Positions 1 to 16,898 of a stretch of DNA of 57,482 nucleotides are shown here, piece after piece. Every line of letters begins with the position of its first letter. Positions within the stretch are counted from its first letter, which is position 1. The notes beneath the pieces were generated by a model that was not told the DNA's origin, ran no database searches, and was given only the letters and a program-made list of their open reading frames with translations. The position numbers and the translations under genes are program-made. This DNA is from Candidatus Limnocylindrales bacterium (GTDB taxonomy: Bacteria; Chloroflexota; Limnocylindria; Limnocylindrales; CSP1-4), in assembly GCA_036560085.1 (NCBI GenBank), contig DATBRX010000131.1, positions 1 to 57,482 on the forward strand, in the 5' to 3' direction.

Positions 1-1022
<1,022 letters not shown>

Positions 1023-1069
1023 GAGACCGCCAAGTATAGGTTGGGCCCCTCCGTCCCTCCGCTGACCCG

Positions 1070-1678
1070 CTATTTGGCCGCGCTCGCGAACTGGTTCAGC
1101 CCGAGCAGGAAAGTGCGGTATTCGACTGTGGAAGCGGAAAAACCGGAATCGACCAGCAGGCTGCGGATCTCAGCCTCGTTGAAGTAGTGCCTGTGGTCGC
1201 GGATCTCCTCTGCGTCGATGATGTGCAGGCGGTAGGCCATGAACTCCAGCAACGGCCGCGACGCGCGCGATGGTGAGGTGAGCAGCAGCAGCCCGGGCGA
1301 GCGCAGCACGCGGTACGCCTCACGCAGATGGAGCCCTGGATCGTCGAGGTGTTCCAGCACGGCCAGCGACATGACCACGCTGACTGAGGCGCTGGCGATC
1401 TCGAGCGGTCGGCCCAGGTCCGTCTCGATCAGCGTGATGCCCGGCGGCGGGGGCTGCCCGAGCGCCAGGTCAACAGCGATGCCCGCTCCGATCCGTCGAC
1501 TTCGGTGCAGGTGCCGCAGCAGCCGGTAGTCATGGCCGCAGCCCAGGTCCGCGGCCACGGCCGCGTACGGCGGGAATTGGCGCAGGATGCGCCGCGCACG
1601 GAGGCGAAAGATCAGGTCGTCAAGTGCGGAGCCGCCATCCTGGCGGAATGACCTTTGCCGTCGCGATCCGCTGTCCAC
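1070..1678 (-). CDS. Class I SAM-dependent methyltransferase
   Basis: Motif I '[10 protein letters not shown]', '[10 protein letters not shown]', '[13 protein letters not shown]'. Lies 12 nt downstream of the GT2 gene on the same strand. Confidence 0.7.
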   Translation of the reverse strand: MDSGSRRQRSFRQDGGSALDDLIFRLRARRILRQFPPYAAVAADLGCGHDYRLLRHLHRSRRIGAGIAVDLALGQPPPPGITLIETDLGRPLEIASASVSVVMSLAVLEHLDDPGLHLREAYRVLRSPGLLLLTSPSRASRPLLEFMAYRLHIIDAEEIRDHRHYFNEAEIRSLLVDSGFSASTVEYRTFLLGLNQFASAAK

Positions 1679-1690
1679 CGCGCCGATGGG

Positions 1691-2698
1691 TCAGCCTCCC
1701 TGGCCGCCGACTTGGTCGACTGGTTCACGGAGTGCATCAATTTGCTCGTGGGCTATGAGGTCGAGCTTGCTCTCGATCTCCTGGAAGCGACGACTGATGG
1801 AACTCAGCACCATGCCCACGACACCGAGCAGGATGCCGACGACCTCGAGGACCGCCGCCAGGACGGCCGACGGCAGTCGCAGCACCAGGCCGGTTCGGGC
1901 GAACTCGAGCACGACCTCGATGCCCGGAATGAGGCCGATCGCCATGAACACCAGGCCAATGCCACCAAAGAATGTCAGCGGCTTGTAGTCGCGGAAAAGC
2001 AACAGGATGGTCCAAGCGATGCGCGCTCCGTCGCGGAACACCTTGATCTTGCTGGCGCTGCCCTTGGGCCGCGAACGCAGGTCGATCGGCAGCTCGACGA
2101 TGCGCATGCTGCGTTCAATGGTCTTGACCGTCAGCTCGGCTTCGATTTCGAAGCCCGACGCCGCGATCGGCACGGTGCGCACCAGCTGACGCGACATGAC
2201 GCGCAGCCCGGACAGGATGTCGGTCAGCCGGACCCGCAGCAGGAAACGCACCAGGGCCGCGTACATCCTGTTGCCGAACCGATTCAGGAAGTGGAACTGG
2301 CTGTTGGTGCCTTCCATCGTGCGCGAGCCGACGGTCATGTCGGCCCGCCCGGTACTGATCGGTGCGAGCAGGGCGTGCACCGCCTCGGCCGGGTAGGTGT
2401 CGTCACCGTCGACCATCACGTACGCCTCGGCGTCGATCGAGCGGAACGCCGTGCGCACCGCAAAACCCTTGCCTCGACGCGTTTCGGTCAGCACCTGCGC
2501 ACCGTGCTCGAGCGCGACCTTGGCCGTGGCGTCGGTCGAGTCGTTATCGATCACCCAGATCCGGGACTCGGGCAGCTCACGCCGGAAGTCGTCGATGACC
2601 TGGCCGATGGTCTGCGCTTCGTTGAGGCAGGGAATGATGACCGCGATGCCTCTGCCGGTGGAACGGATGGCCGGCGGCCGCGTCTGAACCAGGGTCAC
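1691..2698 (-). CDS. Family 2 glycosyltransferase, GtrB/DPM1-like polyprenyl-phosphate sugar synthase type
   Basis: 'IAVIIPCLNEAQTIGQVIDDF', 'DNDSTDAT', DxD 'MVDGDDTY'. Two C-terminal hydrophobic helices, as in GtrB-like enzymes. Confidence 0.8.
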   Translation of the reverse strand: MTLVQTRPPAIRSTGRGIAVIIPCLNEAQTIGQVIDDFRRELPESRIWVIDNDSTDATAKVALEHGAQVLTETRRGKGFAVRTAFRSIDAEAYVMVDGDDTYPAEAVHALLAPISTGRADMTVGSRTMEGTNSQFHFLNRFGNRMYAALVRFLLRVRLTDILSGLRVMSRQLVRTVPIAASGFEIEAELTVKTIERSMRIVELPIDLRSRPKGSASKIKVFRDGARIAWTILLLFRDYKPLTFFGGIGLVFMAIGLIPGIEVVLEFARTGLVLRLPSAVLAAVLEVVGILLGVVGMVLSSISRRFQEIESKLDLIAHEQIDALREPVDQVGGQGG

Positions 2699-2852
2699 GC
2701 CCTCACCGCGATCGCCAGGCAGCCGGTCTCAGGGAAATGCATGGGGTATCGATAGGCTGAGCGCAGAAAAAGTGCAATGGTCCCGGAAGTATAGGTACGC
2801 GATTTGTCTGGTTATGAGTGGCGCCAGTGATCTGCCACACTCGGCATATTCC

Positions 2853-4439
2853 ATGAGCAGCACGTCCGTCACCATGGCTGCGGAGACCCGATCGACGCTC
2901 GTCGTCCGCAACGAGCGCGCCCGCGTTTTCGGTGCGTCATTGGCGGTCTTCATCTTCACTTTCCTCGTTTACTACCTGACCGGTCCGGTCAACACGCCGT
3001 ACGACTTCCAGCTCTCCCAGGCCAACAACATCATCCACGGCCATCTCGACATGACGGCCGAGTACACGCGCAACCTGAATGTCCTCGAGCGGGTCCTGTA
3101 CGACGGCCAAGGCTTCTGCCTGCCGATCAATGACCCGCGCGGGCCGGAGATTGACGCCCTCATCCCAAACGCCCGCTTCAGCGCCGATTGCAAGCACTAC
3201 ATGCAGCACTCACTTGGGCCGGCATTCCTGCTGCTACCGCTCGTGCTGATCTTCGGCATGACCGTCAGCCAGGCGCTCGTCTCGGCTTTGATCGGCGCGG
3301 CGGGCGCGGTTGTCGTATTTGCCATCACGCGCCACTTCACGAGCTCACTGCGGACGCAACTGGCGCTGACCGTCCTGGGGGTCCTGGGCACGCAGATCTG
3401 GTTCAGCTCCGCCGACGGCAGCGTGTGGCATTTCGCCCATGCAACTGCCGTGTTCTTCGTCTTCAGCGGCATCTACTTCACGGTCGTGCGGCGCAACCCG
3501 CTGCTCGCCGGGGCCATGTTCGGCGCGGCCTTCATGTGCCGGCCCTCGACCATCATCGGCGGCTTGTTCGCGCTGGTGGCGTTCTCGGACATGTGGCTGC
3601 CCGCCGCGACCGAGGCCGGTCGCTCCATCCTGCGCCGTATCCAGCTGCGGCCCCTGGTCGCGCTGGCGATTGGTGTCGCGCCGTTCCTCGTGCTCAATTC
3701 GCTGGTCAACTACCTGCGCTTCGGCAGCCCATTCGAGTCGGGCTACAGCTACACCGAGCAGCTCTACCAGGACAACCTGACCTGGGTGTACCCGCACGGG
3801 CTCTTCAGCCCGCAGTACTGGTCGCGCCACGTGGCAATCGTCTTCGAGCAGATGCCCAACTTCTCGGGCAACCCGCCGTTCATCTGGCCTTCGTGGGCAG
3901 GCCAGGCCATGTGGGCCACCTCGCCTGCGCTGCTGCTCGGCCTGTTCGTGCACCTGCGCAAGTGGGTCTGGCCGGCGCGCCTGGCTGCCATCGCCATCGC
4001 GCTCTCGGGTGCGGTGCTGATCAGCGGTGCAGCCGGCGCGCAGCTGGGCGTTGTCCGGTGGACGCCGGCCAGCGTGCCATTCGCGCTGCACCTGTGGCCT
4101 TTCTGGATCGTGATCGGTCTCGCCATCGTCCTGTCAATCACGAACCGCGACCGGCTCGTGGTCGCGTGCTGGGCGGCAATCGTGCCCATCGTGCTCTTCA
4201 TCTGGATGTTCGCCGCAACGGGTTGGGCCCAGTTCGGCTACCGCTACGGGCTGGACTTCGTGCCGTTCCTGTTCCTGCTCGCCGTGATCATGGTCACGCG
4301 CGGGATGCGCCTGACGCGCTACCAGGTCGTGCTGATCGGCGCATCGGTGCTCATCAACCTGTGGGGCGTGCTGTGGATCCTGAAGTTCGCGATCGCCCCA
4401 GGTGGCCCGCTCAACGGCTGGACCTGGGTCAGCTACTGA
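2853..4439 (+). CDS. Polytopic membrane protein, GT-C-fold glycosyltransferase-like (PMT/ArnT-like)
   Basis: Frame of track ORF 2772..4439. Many hydrophobic segments and a first-loop aromatic/acidic motif 'YYLTGPVNTPYDFQLS'. Divergent from the GT2 gene. Start uncertain (ATG 2853 chosen; the ORF opens at 2772). Confidence 0.55.
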   Translation: MSSTSVTMAAETRSTLVVRNERARVFGASLAVFIFTFLVYYLTGPVNTPYDFQLSQANNIIHGHLDMTAEYTRNLNVLERVLYDGQGFCLPINDPRGPEIDALIPNARFSADCKHYMQHSLGPAFLLLPLVLIFGMTVSQALVSALIGAAGAVVVFAITRHFTSSLRTQLALTVLGVLGTQIWFSSADGSVWHFAHATAVFFVFSGIYFTVVRRNPLLAGAMFGAAFMCRPSTIIGGLFALVAFSDMWLPAATEAGRSILRRIQLRPLVALAIGVAPFLVLNSLVNYLRFGSPFESGYSYTEQLYQDNLTWVYPHGLFSPQYWSRHVAIVFEQMPNFSGNPPFIWPSWAGQAMWATSPALLLGLFVHLRKWVWPARLAAIAIALSGAVLISGAAGAQLGVVRWTPASVPFALHLWPFWIVIGLAIVLSITNRDRLVVACWAAIVPIVLFIWMFAATGWAQFGYRYGLDFVPFLFLLAVIMVTRGMRLTRYQVVLIGASVLINLWGVLWILKFAIAPGGPLNGWTWVSY

Positions 4440-4485
4440 CTTCGAGCGGAAAGCCCCAGCGCCGGGTGGAGATCGCGCCCCCGGT

Positions 4486-4722
4486 CTAGCTGATCGAGCC
4501 CCAGAAGCCGGTGCCGTAGCCGACCACGAGCACCACGAAGGTCAACACCGCGAGGACCACCCAGAAGGCGACGGCCATGCGCGTGCTCGTCGGGGCCTGC
4601 TCGGGGTTCGCCAGCTCGGCGGGCTTCCAGCGCCGCGAGCGCAGGCGGCTGCGCCAGGTGCGCTGCTCGACCGGGCTCGGCTCGAGACCGTTGGGCGTGG
4701 GGCGGTAGAGCTTCAGACTCAT
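4486..4722 (-). CDS. Hypothetical small membrane-anchored protein
   Basis: 78-aa ORF 15 nt downstream of prs on the same strand. Arg-rich N-terminus, then one TM helix 'MAVAFWVVLAVLTFVVLVVGYG'. No family recognised. Confidence 0.35.
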   Translation of the reverse strand: MSLKLYRPTPNGLEPSPVEQRTWRSRLRSRRWKPAELANPEQAPTSTRMAVAFWVVLAVLTFVVLVVGYGTGFWGSIS

Positions 4723-4737
4723 GCGCTTGGTCCTGGG

Positions 4738-5831
4738 CTACCCGGCGTGGGCCGCGGCGGGCGCGGGTTCACCGTGGCCGACTCCGTCCCGAAAGGTGTC
4801 ATCGTCCTCGCCGCGCGGCGTCTCCTCGTCCCACAGGATCATCTCCTGCACGAGCGACATGTCGCTGCTGAATAGAGCGCCGACCGACTCGCCGCGGTGG
4901 ATGCGCCTTATCGCCTCGCCGATAAGCGGCGCGACGCTCAGGACCTTGATCAGCGGCAGCTGCTTGGCCGCCGCCAGGGGCACCGTGTCGGTGATGACGA
5001 CCTCGGTGATCTCGGAGGCGCGCAGCCGGTCGGTGGCCGGGTCGGACAGCACGCCGTGCGTGGCACAGGCGTAGATATCGGTCACGCCTTCGCGAATCAG
5101 CGCGCGCTCGATCTCCATCAGCGTGCTGGCGGTGTCGATCTCGTCGTCGACGATGATCGCGCGCTTGCCCTTGACCTCGCCGATGACGTTGAGCAGCTCG
5201 GCTGTGCCGCGGTTGTCGGGGCGGCGCTTCTCGATGACGGCGAGCGGTGCGTCGAGGATCTCCGCGAAGGTCCGCGCGCGCTTGGCGAAGCCGAGGTCGG
5301 TGACCACGACCGGGTCTTCCAGGTTCAGCTTCTTGAAGTGGCTGGACAGCATGTGGACCGCGGTCAGCTCATCGACAGGGATCGAGAAGAAGCCCTGGAT
5401 CTGGCCCTGGTGGAGGTCCATGGTCAGCACCCGGTCGGCGCCGGCAACGCTGATCATGTCGGCGACGAGGCGCGCCGTGATCGGCACGCGCGGCTGGTCC
5501 TTCTTGTCCGAGCGGCCATAGGCGTAATACGGGATGACCGCCGTGATCCGCCCGGCGCTGGCGCGCTTGAAGGCGTCGATCATGATCAAAAGCTCCATGA
5601 TCGACTTCTGGACCGGGCTGTTGGTTGACTGGACGATGAACACGTCGCGGTCGCGCGCGTTGTCCTCGATCTTCACGAAGATGTTCTCGTTGGGGAACTC
5701 GAAGACCTGCGCGTGGCCCAGCTCTCGACCCAGGTAGCGCGCGATCTTGCGCGCCAGCTCGGGATTGGAGTTGCCTGTGTAGAGGTCGTATTGGTCGCTG
5801 TAGACGGTCGCGGCACGGCCGCCGAATGCGC

Positions 5832-5835
<4 letters not shown>
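4738..5835 (-). CDS. prs: Ribose-phosphate pyrophosphokinase (PRPP synthetase) with terminal extensions
   Basis: '[25 protein letters not shown]', '[11 protein letters not shown]', PRPP loop '[14 protein letters not shown]'. The start overlaps the gyrA stop by 4 nt. Confidence 0.9.
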
Positions 5836-12198
<6,363 letters not shown>

Positions 12199-12202
<4 letters not shown>

Positions 12203-12993
12203 GCGCCTACCCCGGCCACCGGCCCGCGCGCGCCGTGGCGCTGCAGCACCTCCTCGGCCAGCGCCGCGTACGCCTGGGCGCCGCGCGACTCCGGGCTGTA
12301 GCGCACGATCGGCCGCCCGTACGAGGGCGCCTCGGCAAGGCGAACTGAGCGTGGAACGATGGTCTCGTACACCGTTCCATTAAGGTGCCGGCGCACCTCT
12401 GCGGCCACGTCGGAAGACAAGGTTGTGCGCGCGTCGTACATCGTGAGCAGCACTCCGCCCAGGCGCAGCCGCGGATTCAGGTTGTCGCGCACAAGGTCGA
12501 CGGTGGCCAGGAGCTGCCCGAGGCCCTCGAGCGCGTAGTACTCGCACTGGATCGGCACCAGCACGGCGTCGGCCGCAGTCAGGGCGTTGACGGTCAGGAG
12601 GCCGACGGCCGGCGGGCAGTCGAGGATTATGAAGTCATACGCGTCCCGCACCTGTGCCAGCGCGGCGGACAACTTGCGCTCGCGCTGGCCCACACTGACG
12701 AGCTCGACCTCCGCTCCAGCGAGGTCAAGCCCGGATGGGATCAACGACAGCCCGTCGATCTGCGTCGGCTGCACGACGGAGCGCGTCAGCTGCGGGTCGA
12801 CGAGCGCGGGGTAGATGGAGCTTGCACCGCCCTGGCGGTCGACTCCGAGGCCGCTGGTAGCGTTGCCCTGTGGATCGAGATCCACGACCAGGACACGCCG
12901 ACCCGCTAGCGCGAGATAGGCCGCCAGGTTGATGACCGTGGTGGTCTTGCCGACGCCCCCCTTTTGGTTCGCGCAGGCGATGACGTCGCCCAC
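12199..12993 (-). CDS. parA: Chromosome partitioning ATPase ParA/Soj
   Basis: Deviant Walker A 'NQKGGVGKTTTVINLAA', 'VLVVDLDPQGNATSGLG', 'IILDCPP'. Confidence 0.92.
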
Positions 12994-13106
12994 TCAGCGA
13001 CCGAAGGAAGAGAGTGCATTCACGTCCTCAGATTCTATCGGAAACGGCCCATTCAGCCATTGTCGGGACGCCCGCTGCACGCTGGATGCACTGCCGCTTC
13101 ACGCGC

Positions 13107-13122
13107 GATTTCACGTGAAACA
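13107..13122. promoter_or_regulatory. parS-like ParB binding site (14/16 to TGTTTCACGTGAAACA)
   Basis: GATTTCACGTGAAACA, read directly. Core palindrome TTTCACGTGAAA. About 114 nt upstream of parA. Confidence 0.75.
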
Positions 13123-13154
13123 GCCGGAGGGGCTTCGCGCGTCTGTTGGGACAG

Positions 13155-13170
13155 CGTTTCACGTGAAACG
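13155..13170. promoter_or_regulatory. parS site, perfect 16-bp palindrome
   Basis: CGTTTCACGTGAAACG equals its own reverse complement. Same 12-bp core as the first site; centres are 48 bp apart. Confidence 0.85.
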
Positions 13171-13275
13171 GGCGGCCGAGGGCGCGCGCAGGCCTCTCAG
13201 GAACCCGACCTATACTCGGGCCGTCACGCGCAGCCAGCGCGTCTGCCGTGCGGCCAGCGACACTCGGAGCTCAGC

Positions 13276-13776
13276 TTGACCATTCCTTTCGCGGCGCTCT
13301 TCACGATCCTCGCCGCGTTGCTCGAAACGACCGTTCTGCCGGAGCTGCCCATCGCCGGTGCGATCGCGGACCTGGTCCTCATCTGTGCGACGTGCGCTGC
13401 AATCATCCTGGGCATCGAAGACGGCCTCGCCGCAGCCTTCCTGGGCGGACTGATGATCGATCTGCTCGTTCCCGATCGGCCCCTTGGCGCCGCGACACTG
13501 TCCCTGCTGCTGGTGCTCAGCCTGGCCATGATCGTTGCGCGCGTGGGCGGCCCCAGTCGACGCTGGCTCGCGGTAGCGATGACCGTGATCCTCACGCCGC
13601 TGCTGCACGGTCTGATGACGGTCATTTTGGTCGCGACCGAAGGCGTGCCGCTCGTGTTCTCACCCAGCGCCGTGCTTGTGGCCGCGTTCATGAACGGCGT
13701 GATCGCGATCCCGGTGGCCACGCTCTTCACCGCCATCGAGCACCGCTTCGGGACCGTGGAGCGCGTCGACTGGTGA
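13276..13776 (+). CDS. mreD: Rod shape-determining protein MreD
   Basis: In frame with track ORF 12964..13776; TTG 13276 chosen as start. Five hydrophobic segments. MreD-like pattern 'LLETTVLPELPIAGAIADLVLI...GLAAAFLGGLMIDLL'. Lies directly upstream of mrdA-rodA. Confidence 0.7.
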   Translation: MTIPFAALFTILAALLETTVLPELPIAGAIADLVLICATCAAIILGIEDGLAAAFLGGLMIDLLVPDRPLGAATLSLLLVLSLAMIVARVGGPSRRWLAVAMTVILTPLLHGLMTVILVATEGVPLVFSPSAVLVAAFMNGVIAIPVATLFTAIEHRFGTVERVDW

Positions 13777-13779
13777 CGC

Positions 13780-15690
13780 ATGGCTGACTACGTCCTGGGC
13801 CGGCCCGAGCCGCCGCAAAACCGTCTTGGCGTGCGCTTCGGCGTGTTCGGGTTGATCGTCGTTCTCGTCATCGGGGCCTTGACGACGCGCCTCTTCTACA
13901 TGCAGGGCGTTCAGGGTGGCTACTACACCGACCTGGCTGAGGCGAACCAGCACCGGACGCTGCCCATCAAATCGGCCCGCGGCATCATCTATGACCGCGC
14001 CGGGCGCGAGCTGGCGATCAACATCCCGTCGTACGTCGTCTACATCCGCCCGGCCGACCTGCCCTTCACCCAGCGCGACGCGGTCGCCGACGAGCTCGGA
14101 AGGCTGCTCGGCATCGATCCCACGGAGATCATCGCCGAGGTTGACAGGTACGCCAGCCAGCGCTTTGAGCTGGTGCGCATCGCGTCCGACATCTCGAGCG
14201 ACGTGGCCCGGATCATCGTGGAGGAAAACCGCAACCTGCCCGGCGTGGAGATCGGCATCGAGGACCGGCGCGAGTACGAGTACGGCCCCCTGCTGGCGCA
14301 CGTCCTCGGGTACGTCTCGCCAATCAGCGCCGATCAACTCGCGCAGCTGAAGGACGAGGGCTACCTGGCCGACGATCGGATCGGCCAGACAGGCGTCGAG
14401 GCCAGGTTCGAAGACGTCCTGCGCGGCACCTACGGCCAGGAGCAGGTCGAGCGTGACGCGTCAGGCAGGATCGTGCGCACGATCCAGATCCTTGAGCAGC
14501 CCCAGGCCGGCAATTCGCTCGAGCTGACGATCGATACGGAAATCCAGCGCGAAGCGACGGAGGCCCTGCAGTGGGCTACCGACATCGTCAACCTGCAGCA
14601 CGGCGTCATCATCGTCGCCAATCCGCAGACCGGCGAGATCCTGGCCATGGTGTCGCTGCCGACTTACGACGACAACATGTTTGCGCGCGGCATCACGACG
14701 GCCGAGTACAAGTCACTCATCGACAACCCCAACCATCCACTCGTCAACTACGCCATCTCCGAGCAGTACCCGCCCGGGTCCACGTACAAGCTCGTCACGG
14801 CCTCTGGCGCGCTGATGGATGGCCTGTTGAGCCCGACCCAGCAGCTCGAGACCGCGGCCTACCTGGAGATCGGTCCGTACCGCTACTACGACTGGAACCG
14901 GCGCGGCTTCGGCCCGCTGAACGTGACGCAGGCGTACGCCATCTCAAGCGACACGTATTTCTACCAGGTAGCCGGCATGCTCGGCATCGACCGCCTCGCG
15001 TACTGGGCGGACCAGTGGGGTTTCGGCAAGCGCACCGGTATTGACCTGCCGGCCGAGGCCAAGGGCATCATCCCGACCAACGCCTGGAAAGAGGCCACGT
15101 TCGGACAGGAGATCTTCCCGGGCGAGGTCTACCACGCCGGCATTGGCCAGGGCTACGACGCAGTTACGCCGCTGCAGCTGCTGAACGCCTACTGCGCCCT
15201 AGCCAACGGCGGCACGCTCTACAAACCGCAGATCGTGCGTCGGGTGCTCGCACCCGACGGCACGGTCGTGCAGGACTTCCAGCCCGAGGTGCTCTCAACC
15301 GTCGGCATCGATCCCGAGATCCTGCGCACGATGCGCCTGGCGGCGCGCGAGGTCGTGACGACCCGCCACTCGGGCAACCTGGTTGATCTGCCGCTGGTCG
15401 TCGCGGGCAAGACCGGCACCGCCGAGTTCGGCACGCGTGACGGCGAGGGCCGACTGCCCTTCCACTCGTGGTTCGTGGCCTTCGTGCCCAACTTCACCGC
15501 CGACCAAGCGGGCGATCCGGCAGCGACCGATTCTGAGCTGGCGATCGTCGCCTTCGCCTATGACGCCGTGGTCAAGGCCAATGCCGCGACCGAGATGGTC
15601 AAGTATTTCCTGCAGGAGCACTACGACCTGGGCGTCGACCTGACGCGGCCCGACCTGATGCAGGGCGGCAACCTGTGGGGCGGTAACTAG
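13780..15690 (+). CDS. mrdA: Penicillin-binding protein 2 (elongation transpeptidase)
   Basis: N-terminal TM anchor, dimer domain, transpeptidase motifs 'GSTYK' and 'KTGTA'. Confidence 0.9.
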   Translation: MADYVLGRPEPPQNRLGVRFGVFGLIVVLVIGALTTRLFYMQGVQGGYYTDLAEANQHRTLPIKSARGIIYDRAGRELAINIPSYVVYIRPADLPFTQRDAVADELGRLLGIDPTEIIAEVDRYASQRFELVRIASDISSDVARIIVEENRNLPGVEIGIEDRREYEYGPLLAHVLGYVSPISADQLAQLKDEGYLADDRIGQTGVEARFEDVLRGTYGQEQVERDASGRIVRTIQILEQPQAGNSLELTIDTEIQREATEALQWATDIVNLQHGVIIVANPQTGEILAMVSLPTYDDNMFARGITTAEYKSLIDNPNHPLVNYAISEQYPPGSTYKLVTASGALMDGLLSPTQQLETAAYLEIGPYRYYDWNRRGFGPLNVTQAYAISSDTYFYQVAGMLGIDRLAYWADQWGFGKRTGIDLPAEAKGIIPTNAWKEATFGQEIFPGEVYHAGIGQGYDAVTPLQLLNAYCALANGGTLYKPQIVRRVLAPDGTVVQDFQPEVLSTVGIDPEILRTMRLAAREVVTTRHSGNLVDLPLVVAGKTGTAEFGTRDGEGRLPFHSWFVAFVPNFTADQAGDPAATDSELAIVAFAYDAVVKANAATEMVKYFLQEHYDLGVDLTRPDLMQGGNLWGGN

Positions 15691-16845
15691 ATGACCGCGA
15701 TGCGCATCGAGCGCTCCCAGCTGAGCACGCTCGGGGCGCGCCCAGAATCCGGCAGCTGGCGCTCGTTTGACATCCAGCTGGCGGTCGCGGCCCTGTCGCT
15801 CGCTGTGATCGGACTGCTGATGGCGTGGACGAACAGCCCTGACGGCCCCTTGAGCGTCGGCTCGGTCTTCACGCGCGGCCTGATGTGGTTCGCGATCGCG
15901 ATCATCGCCTTCGCGGCGGTCGCCGTGTTCGACTACCGCTGGCTGAGCACCTTTGCCGCGCCGATCTACTTCATCAACATCGGCTTGCTCATCCTCACGC
16001 TGATCATCGGCAGCACGATCAACGGCGCTCAGCGCTGGCTCTCGATCGGTGGCCTGACCTTCCAGATCTCAGAGATCTCGAAGGTCGTGATGATCGGCGT
16101 CCTGGCCACCTTCCTGGAAGCGCGCAAGAACAACCTGGGCGGCCTTTCGACGCTCATCGGCGCCGGACTGCTCATCGCACCGCCCTTCGTGCTTGTCATG
16201 ATCCAGCCCGACCTTGGCAGCGCACTCGTGCTCGTCGCGATCGCTGCGGGCGCGCTCTTCCTGAGCGGCGCGAGCCTGCGCTGGATGGGTCTCGCCGCGG
16301 CCTCGGTCGTGGCCGCGGTGCCCGTCATCTGGTCGATCCTGCAGGACTACCAGCGGCGCCGCCTGCTGTCGTTCCTCGACCCCACGTCGGATCCCCAGGG
16401 CGCCGGCTTCCAGGTCATCCAGGCGCAGATAGCCGTCGGCTCAGGCGGGCTGTTCGGCAAGGGTCTGACCAACGGCAGCCACAGTGCGAGCGACCTGTTG
16501 CCGGTGCAGTCGACCGACTTCGCCTTCGCCGTGCTACTCGAGGAGCTCGGGTTCTTCGGCGGGGTCGTGGTGTTCCTGCTGTTCATATGGCTGATCTGGC
16601 GCGTGCTGCTTGTCGGCTGGCGTTCCGGATCGGTGTTCGGCATCGCCTTCGCAGGTGGTGTCGCGTCGATGATCGTGTTCCAGATCCTGGTCAACGCGGG
16701 CATGATCGCCGGCATCATGCCGGTGACCGGCATTCCCTTGCCGTTCATCACCCACGGCGGGGCGTCACTGGTGAGCACGGCCATCGCGCTCGGGCTCATG
16801 CAGAGCATCGCCATGCGCTCGGAGCAGCCGCGGCCGTCGTGGTAG
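15691..16845 (+). CDS. rodA: Peptidoglycan glycosyltransferase RodA (SEDS family)
   Basis: Polytopic FtsW/RodA/SpoVE pattern: 'QPDLGSALV', 'TDFAFAVLLEELGFFG', 'TGIPLPFITHGGASL'. ATG immediately follows the mrdA stop. Confidence 0.9.
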   Translation: MTAMRIERSQLSTLGARPESGSWRSFDIQLAVAALSLAVIGLLMAWTNSPDGPLSVGSVFTRGLMWFAIAIIAFAAVAVFDYRWLSTFAAPIYFINIGLLILTLIIGSTINGAQRWLSIGGLTFQISEISKVVMIGVLATFLEARKNNLGGLSTLIGAGLLIAPPFVLVMIQPDLGSALVLVAIAAGALFLSGASLRWMGLAAASVVAAVPVIWSILQDYQRRRLLSFLDPTSDPQGAGFQVIQAQIAVGSGGLFGKGLTNGSHSASDLLPVQSTDFAFAVLLEELGFFGGVVVFLLFIWLIWRVLLVGWRSGSVFGIAFAGGVASMIVFQILVNAGMIAGIMPVTGIPLPFITHGGASLVSTAIALGLMQSIAMRSEQPRPSW

Positions 16846-16878
16846 CGCGGCCGTCCTGGTAGCGCCCTGAACGACTAC

Positions 16879-16898
16879 CCGCTAAGCCCCCTTAGCGG
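16879..16898. terminator. GC hairpin between the convergent rodA and J-protein genes
   Basis: CCGCTAAG-CCCC-CTTAGCGG (8-bp stem) overlapping the stop codon of the J-domain gene. No U-tract, so weak as an intrinsic terminator. Confidence 0.3.

Noticed and set aside
1655-2755. 366-aa plus-strand ORF opposite the GT2 gene
   Set aside because: Shadow ORF. The minus-strand frame carries the GT2 DxD and nucleotide-sugar motifs.
3188-4489. 433-aa Arg/Ala/Pro/Gly-rich ORF in an alternate frame of the GT-C gene
   Set aside because: No hydrophobic periodicity or motifs. The overlapping frame 2772-4439 encodes a coherent polytopic membrane protein.
12994-13275. Possibility that the parS-containing divergent spacer is oriC
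   Set aside because: I could find no TTATCCACA-like DnaA boxes and no AT-rich unwinding element, and dnaA/dnaN are absent from the window. Kept only as origin-proximal parS sites.
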